Source: Lama guanicoe (taxonomy: Eukaryota). Taken from it: a DNA stretch of 64,000 nucleotides. The position numbers and the translations under genes were made by a program. This document shows, piece after piece, positions 37,301-49,300 of this stretch. How positions within the stretch are numbered: position 1 is the stretch's first letter; the number at the start of each line of letters is the position of its first letter. The notes beneath the pieces were generated by a model. The model saw nothing but the letters and a program-made list of their open reading frames with translations. It was not told the origin of the DNA and ran no database searches. The stretch is from the NCBI GenBank assembly GCA_013239625.1, contig MU055574.1, positions 20,568,115-20,632,114 of the forward strand. The letters are read 5' to 3'.

Positions 37301-40300
37301 CCCCCGCCCTCCAGCTGACTGTTGGCATCGCACCCGTCTCACCCGGCCTGCCAGGCCCAGCGGCCCCATCCTGCTCCTGGGGGCCCCCGTGCAGCTGAAG
37401 CTGCCGAGTGAGACGCTGCTAAGGTGCCTGAGCACCCACGAATGGAGAGGCCAGTGGGTGGGGGCAGCCAGGGTGGCTGGTGCCCACCACCTGGCAGAGC
37501 CATCCTGGACTTCTCTCGGCTCTGTTGTGAACTTATGGGCAGGACCAGAAAGGGGAGAGGGGGCCCTGAATCTGCACCATCAGATTCCTGTAACCACGCA
37601 GCCCACATGGCTGCAGGGCACCTGTCTGGGGTGTAGTCTTGACCGGCCATTTCTTAAGCAGGAAGCTTTGGTCTAGGAACATCACTTTCTGTACGTAGAT
37701 CCTAATTTAGTGGATGTTGTTCGCGGACAGTTAACCAGTTACAGAGAAGTCTTTCCTTTCTGTGTGTTCAAAGCAAAGAACATATTCTCCTTCAGTGGAA
37801 TGGTATCAACATCTTTAAGAAATACAGGGGTATCACGTTTTATTTACTTTTAATTAACATGACTTCAACTATATATACTTTTTCTAATGTGATCAAAAAT
37901 ACTGTGAAATTCTGACTACTCGTGTTCCTTCCGTTATAGATGCTGCATTATCACGTGTAACATGTATCATGCATTTAGGGATGCGGGCTGTGCGCATAAA
38001 GCCTTAGGGGCAATTCTGGGCATTGCCATTTGGACATTCATTTTGGCCTTACGTGCTAGATTTAGGAAGCAACTGCCCAAACGTGGAAAGTTGGTAATTT
38101 TGATAATAAGTAACAACTGTTTAGCTTGGCAGGCTTTGAGTTGCTGGGGCTCGTGTTGCTGGTGAGTCACGTGCCCTGAGTTAGCGTGTGGTTCTCACTG
38201 TCCGACCTGCAGTTTAACGTGTGCGGCACGACGCCCCTCTGTGGGACCCTGGACGGAAAGCCGGCTTCCGGCTGTGAGGCAGAGGAGGAGGAGCTCAAGA
38301 ATCTGAAGCCAGGAAGGCTGGTTGGACTGGAGAAGAGCCTTCAGCTGTCCACCGAGGGCTTCATAACTCTGACCTATAAGGGGTCGCCTTCCCATTCTGG
38401 AGGTGAGCCCAGATCTGTGTTGTTTTTGCAGCTGACAAATGTCTGGTGGTTCTGAGTACGTGACCTGAGCGCCCGGAGACTCTGGGCCGCACGTGCACGG
38501 CCCCCTGTTGTGTTCCGCCAGGCCCCTGGGGGCCATCTTGCCGTGAGAGGGATCCTGGACCACGGGTGCCGGGGCTCTCTCCTTGTGTCTGCCCGCCTGG
38601 TGGAGAAGTGCTGGTTCCTGCACTTGTCGCTGTTGATGAAGACGAGGCTCAGGGACCCGTTGGCGGCAGACTGAGGGCTGACCTGCATGATGCCCAGGTG
38701 CCAGCTGTTGTCCTCTGACACCAGGCAGGACCGCACAGCGTTGCCTGGAAGAGCCGGCAAGGCCGTTGCAGGGTTACTGATGAGCTCGTGTGGCTGACAG
38801 CCGCCAGTGTTTATTCTGCGGGGTTTGAATCCAGGCTCCAGCAAGCCAGGGGCACAGCACGTGCATAACCGCTCATAACTGTGTTACCCCGGCCCAGCCT
38901 ATTCCTTAACCTCTCTGCTTCAGTTTCCTTATGTATTAAATGGGTACCTCTGGACCTGTTAATGTGTCAATGGCCACGAGGTTCTCCCCTGAATGCAGCC
39001 CCAGCCACTGTGGTCCCCTCGCTGTGGGAGCCTCCTCCCCACCCCCACTGCAGTAGCCTGTGTTCCGCTTGGCAGTCAGAGTGACATTTTGAATGTTAGG
39101 TCACGTCACTTCCAGCTCAGGCCCCCCAGGGCCCCACCTGCACCCAGAGTAGAAGCCAGCCCCGACCCAGTGGCTGTGGGACACCTGCTGCTTCTCTCTG
39201 ACGGGGTCACCTTTCACTCTCCTGGCTCAGTCCCGGTGGCCACGTGCTCCCGGAACTGTGAAGGCCTACTCGCCCACGTCCCCTCCTGAGCCTTGGTCCT
39301 TGCTGTTCCCTCTTCTCTCAGGATGGCCGGGTGGTTCATTTCCTCACTTCCGCAGGTATGGGCTCAGATGTCACCTCAGTGAGCCCGGCCGCCCCATTCA
39401 AAACCGCCACGCCTCATCCCCGCCACCCTTGTGATTCCTTAGGCCCCGTCCCTGCCACACTCCACTCCCTTTCCGCCTGGCACCTTAGGCCGAATGAGGA
39501 TGTCGGCTCCCAGGAGGTGGGGGCTTTCTTCTGTGTGTTTCACTCCTGTGCATAGTAGGACCTGAGAGTGATGTTTTTCTAACATTTGGGAGGATAAATG
39601 GATGTAACATTTGCATCCTTTCTGGAATGTAAGAATGCCAAGTTCATGGTGTAAACCCACCTGTATGTCAGTCACTGTCACAATGAATGTGGCCTCCCTG
39701 GACCTCGGATCAGGTCCCTGGAACAGACCCAGTGCTGCGGCACGAATTCCCGGGGGTGGCCTGGAGGCTGGTTCTCGGGGGCGCCGTCCTGGTGCCACAC
39801 ACGCGTGTGGGCAGCGGCACTGTGATTGCTGCTGCTCACAGCCTGGCTTCCTGTTCCAGGGAGAGCTGATGCTTTCATCATCCGCTTTGTTTGCAATGGT
39901 GACGTTTACCCAGGGAACCCCAGGTTCCTGCATCAAGACATCGACTCTGGCCTGGGGATCCGGGACACTTTCTTTGAGTTTGAAACGGCCTTGGCCTGTG
40001 TACCTTCTCCGGTGGATTGCCAAGTCACAGGTGAGGCTGGAGGACCAGGAATTAAGAGGCTGATCAAAAATGTGTGTGTGTGTGTGTGTGTGGTGTGTTA
40101 TTTTACAGGCAGCACGACATGTGTGCGTCGTGTTTTCTGTGGACAATGCCTAGAGTTAAAAAATTTCTCTTGAGGAGAGTGGATTTGTAATTCATGGTTT
40201 TAAGCAATATTTTGGAATCAGAAGCTGCTTAAGAACAGAAGAAAACTAAGGGGAAAGTCAGATACACTGTCAGAGCTCATCACCTGAGTGAGAGAAACAG

Positions 40301-43300
40301 AACCAGGATGAGGCCCCGTTAGACAGTCCCTGACACCCAGTGGGGCTTCCAGGACGCTTGTTCCTGGGGGACCGGCCCCACCTCCATGTCCACAGTGCTC
40401 TGTCGTGAGTCGCGGTGCTGAGGGCCAGGCAGAAGATGTTTCTGTTGGAAGCCCTCTCGGCTTGCTGTGGGTCCCCGCGTTTTTCTGAAATGATGCTCTG
40501 CTTGTGCATCCTTGGTCTTCGGGGTTGGAAGTGATGCCCAGCGCTCATGGGAAGGCAGGGGTCTCCAGCATTTGCCTTGTGTTTCAGACCCGGCTGGGAA
40601 CGAATATGATCTGAGCGGCTTAAGCAAAGCCAGGAAGCCTTGGACTGCAGTTGACACCTCGGCTGATGGGAAGAGGAGAACCTTCTACTTGAGTGTCTGC
40701 AACTCCCTCCCTTACATTCCCGGCTGCCATGGTGGGTGTCGCGCCTTGGACCCCAGTTGGTCCTGCCCCCCCACCCCCACCCCCACGTCCAACGGCCTTG
40801 CTGGCTCTTCCAGGCAGCGTTGTGGGGTCCTGCCTGGTGTCGGAGGACGGCAGCTTGAACCTGGGCGTCGTGCAGGTCAGCCCTCAAGCTGCCGCCAATG
40901 GGTCCCTGAGCCTCGTCTATGTCAACGGTGACAAGTGCGGGAACCAGCGCTTCTCCACCAGGATTATGCTCGAGTGCGCCCACACGACGGTGCGTGCCTG
41001 TCCCTGCCACCTCGGCTCTCTTGTCTGAGTTAGAGCTTGCCCGTGTTCTGGAGGGGGTCGGGCCATCAGCGGGGCCCGACCAGCATGTGCTGTGTCCCCG
41101 CAGCTCTGACATGTTTCCCAAGTGCCGTGTGCTGTTCTCGTGGTTGCAAGTCGGGTCAGCAAGTCAGCTCTGGCTGGCGTTTGACTGACTCTCTTTGCCA
41201 AATGAGAGCACAGTGAACTGTTGGTTTCCACCGCAGGGATCGCCGACCTTTCAGCTTCTGGATGACTGCGAGTACGTGTTTGTCTGGAGAACGGTGGAGG
41301 CCTGTCCTGTGGTCCGCGCCGAAGGTAAGGCGCCGCCCTGCGCCGCTCAGCGACGTGTAGATGTGTGAAGGGGGCGCAGCAGCCCCGCGTGTCAGCGGGC
41401 GGGTCGTTCTCACCCTTGAGTTTTGTTTGCTCCACTCCGTTGCTAACTTTACCTGTAGCGTTTTCCTCACGTTCCTGACTGGTGGGTGGTTGGTGAGAAC
41501 ATGAACGTGGGGCTTTGTTTTGCTTACGTGGATCTTCAGCCTGTGACCTGAAGCTTTTCTAGAAAGCTGTCTGCCAGGCAGTTTGTCTCATGCGCACAAA
41601 CCAGATGAAAACAGGTGGAAATGATATTTAATGCCTATTTTAAGACAGTTCTTAGCTGATGAAAAGTTGCAAAACGTTTGCCTGAAAGTATGAGTGCCTG
41701 TGTCGATGCCCTTCCCTCGCCGTGTTCTTGAAGGAGACAACTGTGAAGTGAAGGATCCGAGGCATGGCAACTTGTATGACCTGAAGCCTCTCGCCCTCAA
41801 CGACACGGTCGTGAGCGCCGGCGAGTACACGTACTACTTCCGCGTCTGCGGAAGGCTGTCCTCGGGCGTCTGCTCAGCCGGTGACAGGTCCAGGGTCGTC
41901 TCGTCATGTCAGGAAAAGCGGGGACCCGAGGGATTTCAGAAAGTGGCAGGTACTGTGGTTTTTCCTCCTTGTTTTTGCACAAGAATGGAATTACATATTT
42001 AAGACATCAGGCTACAGGTGACGTCTGTCTCGGGTGGGAAGGGTGGCTCCTGCGCTCGGGGGACAGCGTATTAGTGACGTCTCTGCTTTCGCTTGATTTT
42101 CGGAGCCGGGCCTCGGCTGATGAGCGTTGTTAGAGTTTATTTCATTCGTGCTTAGCCACGCCAGTTACTGATTCTAAGTTCATGTCTCTTTTTCCTGTTT
42201 TACCTTTGGGACCCACTGGACTGTTAATGAGGTCGTACTTTCTAGAATTGAGTCCAAGGGGACACATTTTGTGTAGGCTTGGGCTGTAAAACTTATGGGG
42301 CAGGCTGTGGTCATTGTGCTGTCTCAGCAGCCGGGCAAGTGATGCTAAGTTTAAGAACTTTAAAAAAAGGAAGTTGAAGTAGTTGATGGGGGGTGCATGG
42401 GAAGACCTTGGGGGCTGTGCAGACGAGGTGACATCCTCTTAGCTCAGCAGGCTGAGGCGTGTCTGCATGTCGGTGATCCCGTGGGTAGTCTGGAAGGTCA
42501 CAGCCTTGGCCAAGAGAAGGCCTGGTTTTATTCTTTCATGGTGTCATGTGATGGGGCCAGTGGTCCAGTGCTGGTAGGCCAGACACACTTGGTCCTGTGA
42601 GAGTTCGTTCAGGGTGTGTGGCGTAACGTGTCTGGGGACTAGCCTGGTGGCCTGGGGACTTCGTGAACCAGTCGTTGTCTGACTGGCTGCTTCTTGAACA
42701 GGTCTGCTTACTCAGAAGCTGACCTATGAGAATGGGGTGTTGAAGATGAACTACACTGGAGGGGACCCTTGCCACAAGGTGTACCAGCGCTCAACGACCA
42801 TCTTTTTCTATTGTGACCGCAGCACCCAGGCGGTGAGTGTGCTCAGTGCACATGGGGTGGGAGGGTCGGTCCGCCAGCTCAGGGGCCACTGTCTTATAAA
42901 AAAATCTGCTCTTAAGTCTTGAAGTCTCCTGGTTAGCTTAGTTTAAATATGTTCTGTACACAAAATGGGTTCAAGCCTTGATCAACGCATGTTGAGTAAA
43001 GATCAGGACCATCCCTTACTATTTGCATCCTTAAAACTGAAGTTTCCCAGTGGGGAGGGTATAGCTCAGTGGTAGAATGCATGCTTAGCACGCACGAGGT
43101 CCTGGGTTCAATCCCTAGTACCTCCAGTAAAAATATATTTAAAAAACTTTTTTTATTAAGAAAAAGGTCTTAACCCCCCCCCCCAACTGAAGTTTCCACT
43201 TCATGGGTATGTCTCTCAACTTTTGCAGCCGGTGTTCCTCCAGGAGACTTCGGACTGCTCCTACTTGTTCGAGTGGCGCACGCAGTATGCCTGCCCGCCT

Positions 43301-46300
43301 TTTGACCTGACCGAGTGTTCATTCAAGTAAGCGCGTGGGGATGTTGGCTCTCGGGCAGTCCGATTTACTTGATAATATTTTTGCTTTAATAGCTGCCTGA
43401 GGGACAGGGCATTAGATTAGTCAGGTGCTTTCTCGAAGCCTTAGTTCCTGAATATGAAGCTGGCAAGTTGGGTTAGGTTACCTGCGAGACCCTTCACAGC
43501 TCTGAGAGGCTTTGGTTACTTTGAGTTAAGGTGCAGGGAAGTGATTGCGGTTGAAACAGAAAACCGTGCACGATTCATGAGTCTGAGCGGATCGGAGTGA
43601 GCAGGGTGTGCCCTGGCCTCTGCTCCTCCCCAGCGGCTGCCTGTGTCTGGAGACACAACAGTGAAGAGAAAGGTGATGGCGGAGCTGCATGGGGGTGGGC
43701 TGGAGAGAGCACGAGGGGGTGACATCCAACCGGCAGGCTCTTGGTGGCCGCCTGGTTCTTTTGTTCTGTTACCTGTGGCTCAGGTGTGCCTCTGAGATCG
43801 GGTGATTGGCAGCTCTCGAGATAAGGTGACCTTCACTGTGTGTGAATTTCAGTTGTGCCTCTCAGAACTATGACAAAGTAGACCTCTTGGGTTCTGTCCC
43901 GGGAGAGTGTGGTTCCCTGGGTCTCCACGTCCTGAGTATTGAGGGACATGCTGACATTTCTGCTGTGTGAGGACCCCACCTGAAAAAAATCACTGAGCTA
44001 TAGCTTCCTGTCCTGGAAGAAATCTGGTCATTTCCATGTTTCCTTCCAGTCTTCTTGTTGTGTTACATCCTTTTATTGAGATAAAGGAATAATTTTTGAA
44101 GTATTAGTGACGTATGGAAATACATACAGTTGGTGATCTATACCAGTAAGTCCACTGTTGGCTCATCTCCTGACTCCGGCTCCTTACACCACTGCTGCCC
44201 AGGCCTGGGGTCCACATCGCACTGTACCACCGCGTGGTACTTCTGACAGAGTCTGTGGAGTTCAGTCTTGGTCTTCATTTGAAAAGTCTTGAGCTTATCC
44301 TCGCTGGCTTCATACAGAATTCTGGGTTAACAATTTGTGTGTGTGTATCAGCACTTTGAAGTTGTCCATCATCTTCCTGTGCTTAGCCCTGCGGGTAGAG
44401 AATCTGCCCCCTTTGGTCCTAGTGTCATGCCTTCCCTGCGTACTTCCCTGTGTGTATTCCGCAGTCTCGCCTGATTTGCTTGTACAGGGCTTTATTGTCT
44501 GGGTTGCTTGCAAGTCGGTACTCTCTGAAACTGAAGATGCGTGTCTGTTACTAGTTTCGGAATATTTGCAGTTACTGTAACTTTGAATGTTGCCTCTAAC
44601 CTTATCTGTCTCTTCTGGAACTTCTATTAATCATTTCTTAGACATTCCTATTCTATCTGCTTTTTAGTATCCTTTTCATCAGTTTCTGTACTGTATTCTG
44701 TTTCCTTAGACCCATTTCCAGTTTTATCAGCTGGTCTCTTAGCTGGTTTAATTCGCTGTTTTGACTGTTGCCTTTTTAATTTTCATGACTGTAATTTTCA
44801 TTCTAGGAGGTCTGTTTGGTACTCTTTCTAATCCACCCTTTCTTCCCTCCATTTTGCCCCCTTCTTTCACTATAGTTTCAGTTTCCTCTTTTGATCTTCA
44901 ACCATTTACAGTAAGCCTCTGAGCTGGTCCATTAGGTGAAGTTCTTGAGGACTTGCTTCTGCAAAAACTGATGTCTCCCACAGATTCCAGTATTAGTTAA
45001 TGCTGGCATCTTTTCTCTCTTATCCTATTTATGGTCCATCAACTTTCAGACAAGATTAGACGTGTTCTGGGTGGTGTGGCCGTTGACGGTCCATCAACTT
45101 TCAAAATACCTCGGACTCCCCATTCTGGAAGCAGTGCGCCACCCTGGTTTATGTGGCTTTATCTTGCACCTGCACCACTGCAGTCACCCGTCAGTCGGTC
45201 CCCTTGCTACACGTGGGACAGTCCGGCATGATGATTAGAATGAACCTGTTAAATTACAGGTCAGTGAGGGTGCTTTTGCTGAAACTCCTCAGTGCAGTGA
45301 AGCCCGTCTCAAGCTGGAGTCCTCACTACAGACTGGAACACCCCCTGTATCATGTCTCACCACAGCCCCTGCTTTTTCACTCCTCACGTCTAATCTGCTC
45401 CAACCACATGGGGCTCCTTGCCTTTGACCTCACCAGGCTCTCTGTGCCTCAGGCCCTTTGCTTGTGCTGCTCCCTCTGCCTATGTTGTGCTGTGCTGGGT
45501 CCCTGGATGCCTGGCTCTTCCATATCTTCCTGAGTTTATTCAGAGGTGGCTCCGTAGGAAGGTGGTCTCTGAGTGATGTCTGATCTCATCTCCTCTTCCC
45601 TCTCCCAGACTTTATCCCTGCCCACCCCACCACCCTGCCTTTTCTTCTCTTCACTGTGGTTGCCATCTGATATACATAAAAAAAAAGTTCTTGTCTGTGG
45701 TTTTTCTTCCGCTGGTGACTTCTGCAGGCTTCATGAGATGGGCGATTTTGATCTGTTTTCCTTCAATACAGCACCCCCAGTTGTGGGGCACGTGGTTTTT
45801 GAATGAATGAGTGATTCTCACTCAAGTGGTGTTCTTGTCTGTCTCTACCTGGACCTGGTGCCCCGCAGGTGGAGTATTTGTCTTTCTTACCTTTGACTCT
45901 GCACCTGGTGTGGGGCTGGTTCCCAGTAACTGTCCTTGTTTGGAATTTGTGTAGTGAGTAAACCTTTGAGCAGAAAGTCCGCCCCGGCCGGTTTTACGTC
46001 AGTGATTGCTGGCGGCCTCGGGCTCAGACAGCAGGTGGCCTTCCCGGGCTGCCTGAGGGGTGCCCGTGTGCTCCAGCCGGGCACCCTCGTCTGCTCACCG
46101 GCCTGAGCAGGACAGGCGCTTGCTGTTTGCTTTTTCAGGTTAATACATAATTGCATTGAACAAGGCTTGATGTTTCCTGAACTCAGGCTGTGTTGCTGCT
46201 GGTTGACCAGAGATGGGAGAGTCCAGCATAAAGTTCTGTCCCTGGAAGGACCTGATTCCCAGGGTGTCAGGACTAGGCTGTGCTCTAAGTGCCAGAGCCT

Positions 46301-49300
46301 TTCCAGATGGGGCACTGAGGACCCCGTTAGACAGAGCTGAACCTGACGGCCGTGCTTTCTTCCCTTCAGAGATGGGGCTGGGAACACCTACGATCTCTCA
46401 CCCCTGTCAAGATACAGTGACAACTGGGAGGCCATCACGAGGACGGGGGCCACCGAGCACTACCTCATCAACGTTTGCAAGTCTCTGGCTCCCCAGGCTG
46501 GCTCGGGTGAGGGGTCTCTGGGTGGGCTGGTGGCTTGTAAGGGGCTTTATGGGGAAGGAACGAGTAAGAGCGAGGCTCCTTGAAGGTGTGTTGCTTTCTG
46601 ACATGTGAGTGGTTTGGCCAAGAAGTAACAGGAAGAGTTATCTGAGGGTTAGTGACTGACCCTGGTGTGGCCCAGGACAAATCAGTGCTGAAGGTTCTGC
46701 TGGAAACGCTATAACCTTTTTTGAACTTGAGGAGACAGAGGTAGAAATAATCATCATTGCAGGTAATTCTCAGCAGGGCAGGAGATTGGAGGGTGTGAAA
46801 GGAGATCTGGGTGCCTGCCCCCCACATCTACTGAGAGGAATGTGGGTGAGGGCCTCTTACGATGCACCCAGACCCCTGGTGCCAGTGATGAGACTAGAAC
46901 TCAGCGGTCCACGTGGGGCCAGGGGCGATGCATAGAGACCATGGTGCCCCGTGTTGGGATCCTGAAGACGAGACGTGTCCCATTTTCATGGAGTTTCATG
47001 CAGCTTGCTCACGTCTTGTCTGGCTTCAACTCAAGGGGTGGGGGAGGTGATTCGGTTTATTTATTTATTTTCAGTGGGGGTGCTGGGGATTGAACCCAGT
47101 TCCTCGTGCACACTAAGCATGCACCCCACCACTGAGCTGTACCCACCCCTGTTATGTAACTATGATAAGTGTTTCCATCCTCTGCATGGTCTGAGGCCGT
47201 GGCCCACTTCCCGTTGCCTTGTGTGCTGGCCAGACTGGTGACACTGAGGTTCTTAACCTGTGAAGGGGCTCATTTGTCCGGGGCAGATGGCACAGGCATT
47301 TTGGGGACTGGGAAGATGGCTCAGCTCTTGGTGGCTTCTTAGATAAACACAGTCCATGAACGTAGGCCATTTAAAACGTCCTGTTGGCTTGATCGAGGTA
47401 TTTAGCGTCATCCTGCTTGGGGGTCGGGAGTAATTTAGGCTGTCGTGCCTTAGACTCTCCCCACACCCCAGCCCCCCGTCCACCTGTGGTAAAACAGCGT
47501 TTAATTGAGGGAGAACTCACGGGGTATCTTTGGCACGTGACGTATGTAAAAGAAATCACTGACACTTCGGAGTGGTTGTTAGAGTCAGTATGTCGCAGCT
47601 GGACACACGTGCCTTGTGAGCCCAAGGCTGGAGAACCGCTGATGTCGCTGTTCCTCGCACCCCTTGTGCCGCAGAGCCGTGCCCTCCAGAGGCGGCCGTG
47701 TGTCTGCTGAGTGGCTCCGAGCCCGTGAACCTCGGCAGGGTGAGAGATGGTCCCCAGTGGAGAGATGGCGTGACTCTGCTGGAGTATGTCGACGGTGACC
47801 TGTGTCCCGATCGGATTCGGAAGAAGTCTGCCACCATCCACTTCAGCTGCAGCGAGAGCCAAGTGGTAGGTGACACGGCGGCCTCGGCCCTGACGTGCAG
47901 CTCTGGGGACGGTACGTGTCCCAGCTCGGCGGGACTGGTGTCTTCCTTTCCCGGGAGGAGAGTCGAGGGGCTCGGGGTGCCCGGCCTGACAGCGGGTGAG
48001 AGCAGCCCGGCCTCGGCCCTGTGCTTCTGGAGTGCCTTCCTTCTCTGGCCCCCGGGCTGCCCTGAGGTTTTAGTTCTAGAATTAGTTGATTCTCTTTAAA
48101 GGTTGGCTTAGATTCCCCAAAGGCTGGAGTGGAAACTGGTATCTGGCAGCTTGCCCTCTGTCTTCCTCGAGGCCACTTGGGCAAAGCAGAAGGGCGGGCA
48201 GAACCAGTCCCAAGGTGGCTCGCCCACCCCTGACTGGGTGACCCCGTAACTTAACCACTGAACTGGTCGCCGATTCACGACCTGAGATCTACCTGTTTCA
48301 CCAAGTCGCCGTGAGGCTGAGAGGAGGTGCGAAGCGCCGGGCGTCACGCCTAGTGTGTGGTCAGTGCGCGGCAGCTGGGTTCCCGCCTCCGCGGTGATTC
48401 CTTTCCCTGATGGGTCCGTCTGTGCAGTTAAGCAGGTGTGGGCTGAATTAATGGTCTCTCTGGACTGCTGTTCACCACGGGAGCGTCTCTGCATGGGAGA
48501 TGAAGGCGAAGCCCGGGTGCTGTTCTGTGAGATTTGGGTTGTAGCTGATGTGAGTGAGGTCGGGCTGGGCCAGCGCACTCCACGTCAGGTCGAACTGCTA
48601 CCTGTCCGGCGGCGTTCGGCCGGCAGTGGGAGGGGCCCGGGACGCAGGCCACTCGGGAACCTGCGACCTGCCTGCCCTCCTGGCAGGGGTGGTGGCTGAG
48701 GGTTCCTCCCGGAAGATAGTGCAGAGGTGTGAGCCAGGCCCCTGGGCCACTGAGGTCTGGAAACCTCGGCTCGGGGCTCCTCACGAGGGTGCCAGGGCTG
48801 CAGGGCTGCGCAGGCCTGTGGTGGCCCAGGAGCCAAGCCGGCGTGGGGTTCACCGGGGAGGGCAGGTGCTGCTGGATGACTGTCACCCACTCTGTGTGGA
48901 CGGAACGTGTTGGAGACGTCGGGAGCCAGCCCTCACTGGTGCGGTGCGGAGACTAGTTAACCCACGCTGGTTCTTCCAGAGGGTCTTGTTTTGTCCATCG
49001 TAGCAGATTTCATTTCCTGGACAGAATCACTTCTTTCCTCACTCCTGACTCCCAGCAGCTCTTTGAGCTCCTTTGTCCACCCTGTCCTTGCCCCGTCTTC
49101 TGTCTTAGCTGTGGGAAAACCTTCCTGCCCCCCCGGGGATTTCAGCCTATGTCTCACCCTGTGTGTGTCAAGCCCCCTGTGGTATCTCAGGAGCAAATCC
49201 TGACCCTTTTATTTTCCTCAATCTGCCCTCGTCTCGCAAAGACGTTGAGATGTTCACGCCCTGTGGTGCTTGGCAGGGAAGCTCCTGCCTGAGTCAAGTC

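Noticed and set aside
39439-41435. Long minus-strand ORFs (235, 283 and 172 aa)
   Set aside because: Antisense shadows of GC-rich IGF2R exons 23-26; no independent homology seen.
43052-43127. Possible tRNA-Ala gene
   Set aside because: Has an A-rich tail, TSDs and multiple diverged copies in the window, so it is a SINE.
45047-45087. Functional 5S rRNA gene
   Set aside because: Only the first third is present; the internal promoter and terminator are missing.
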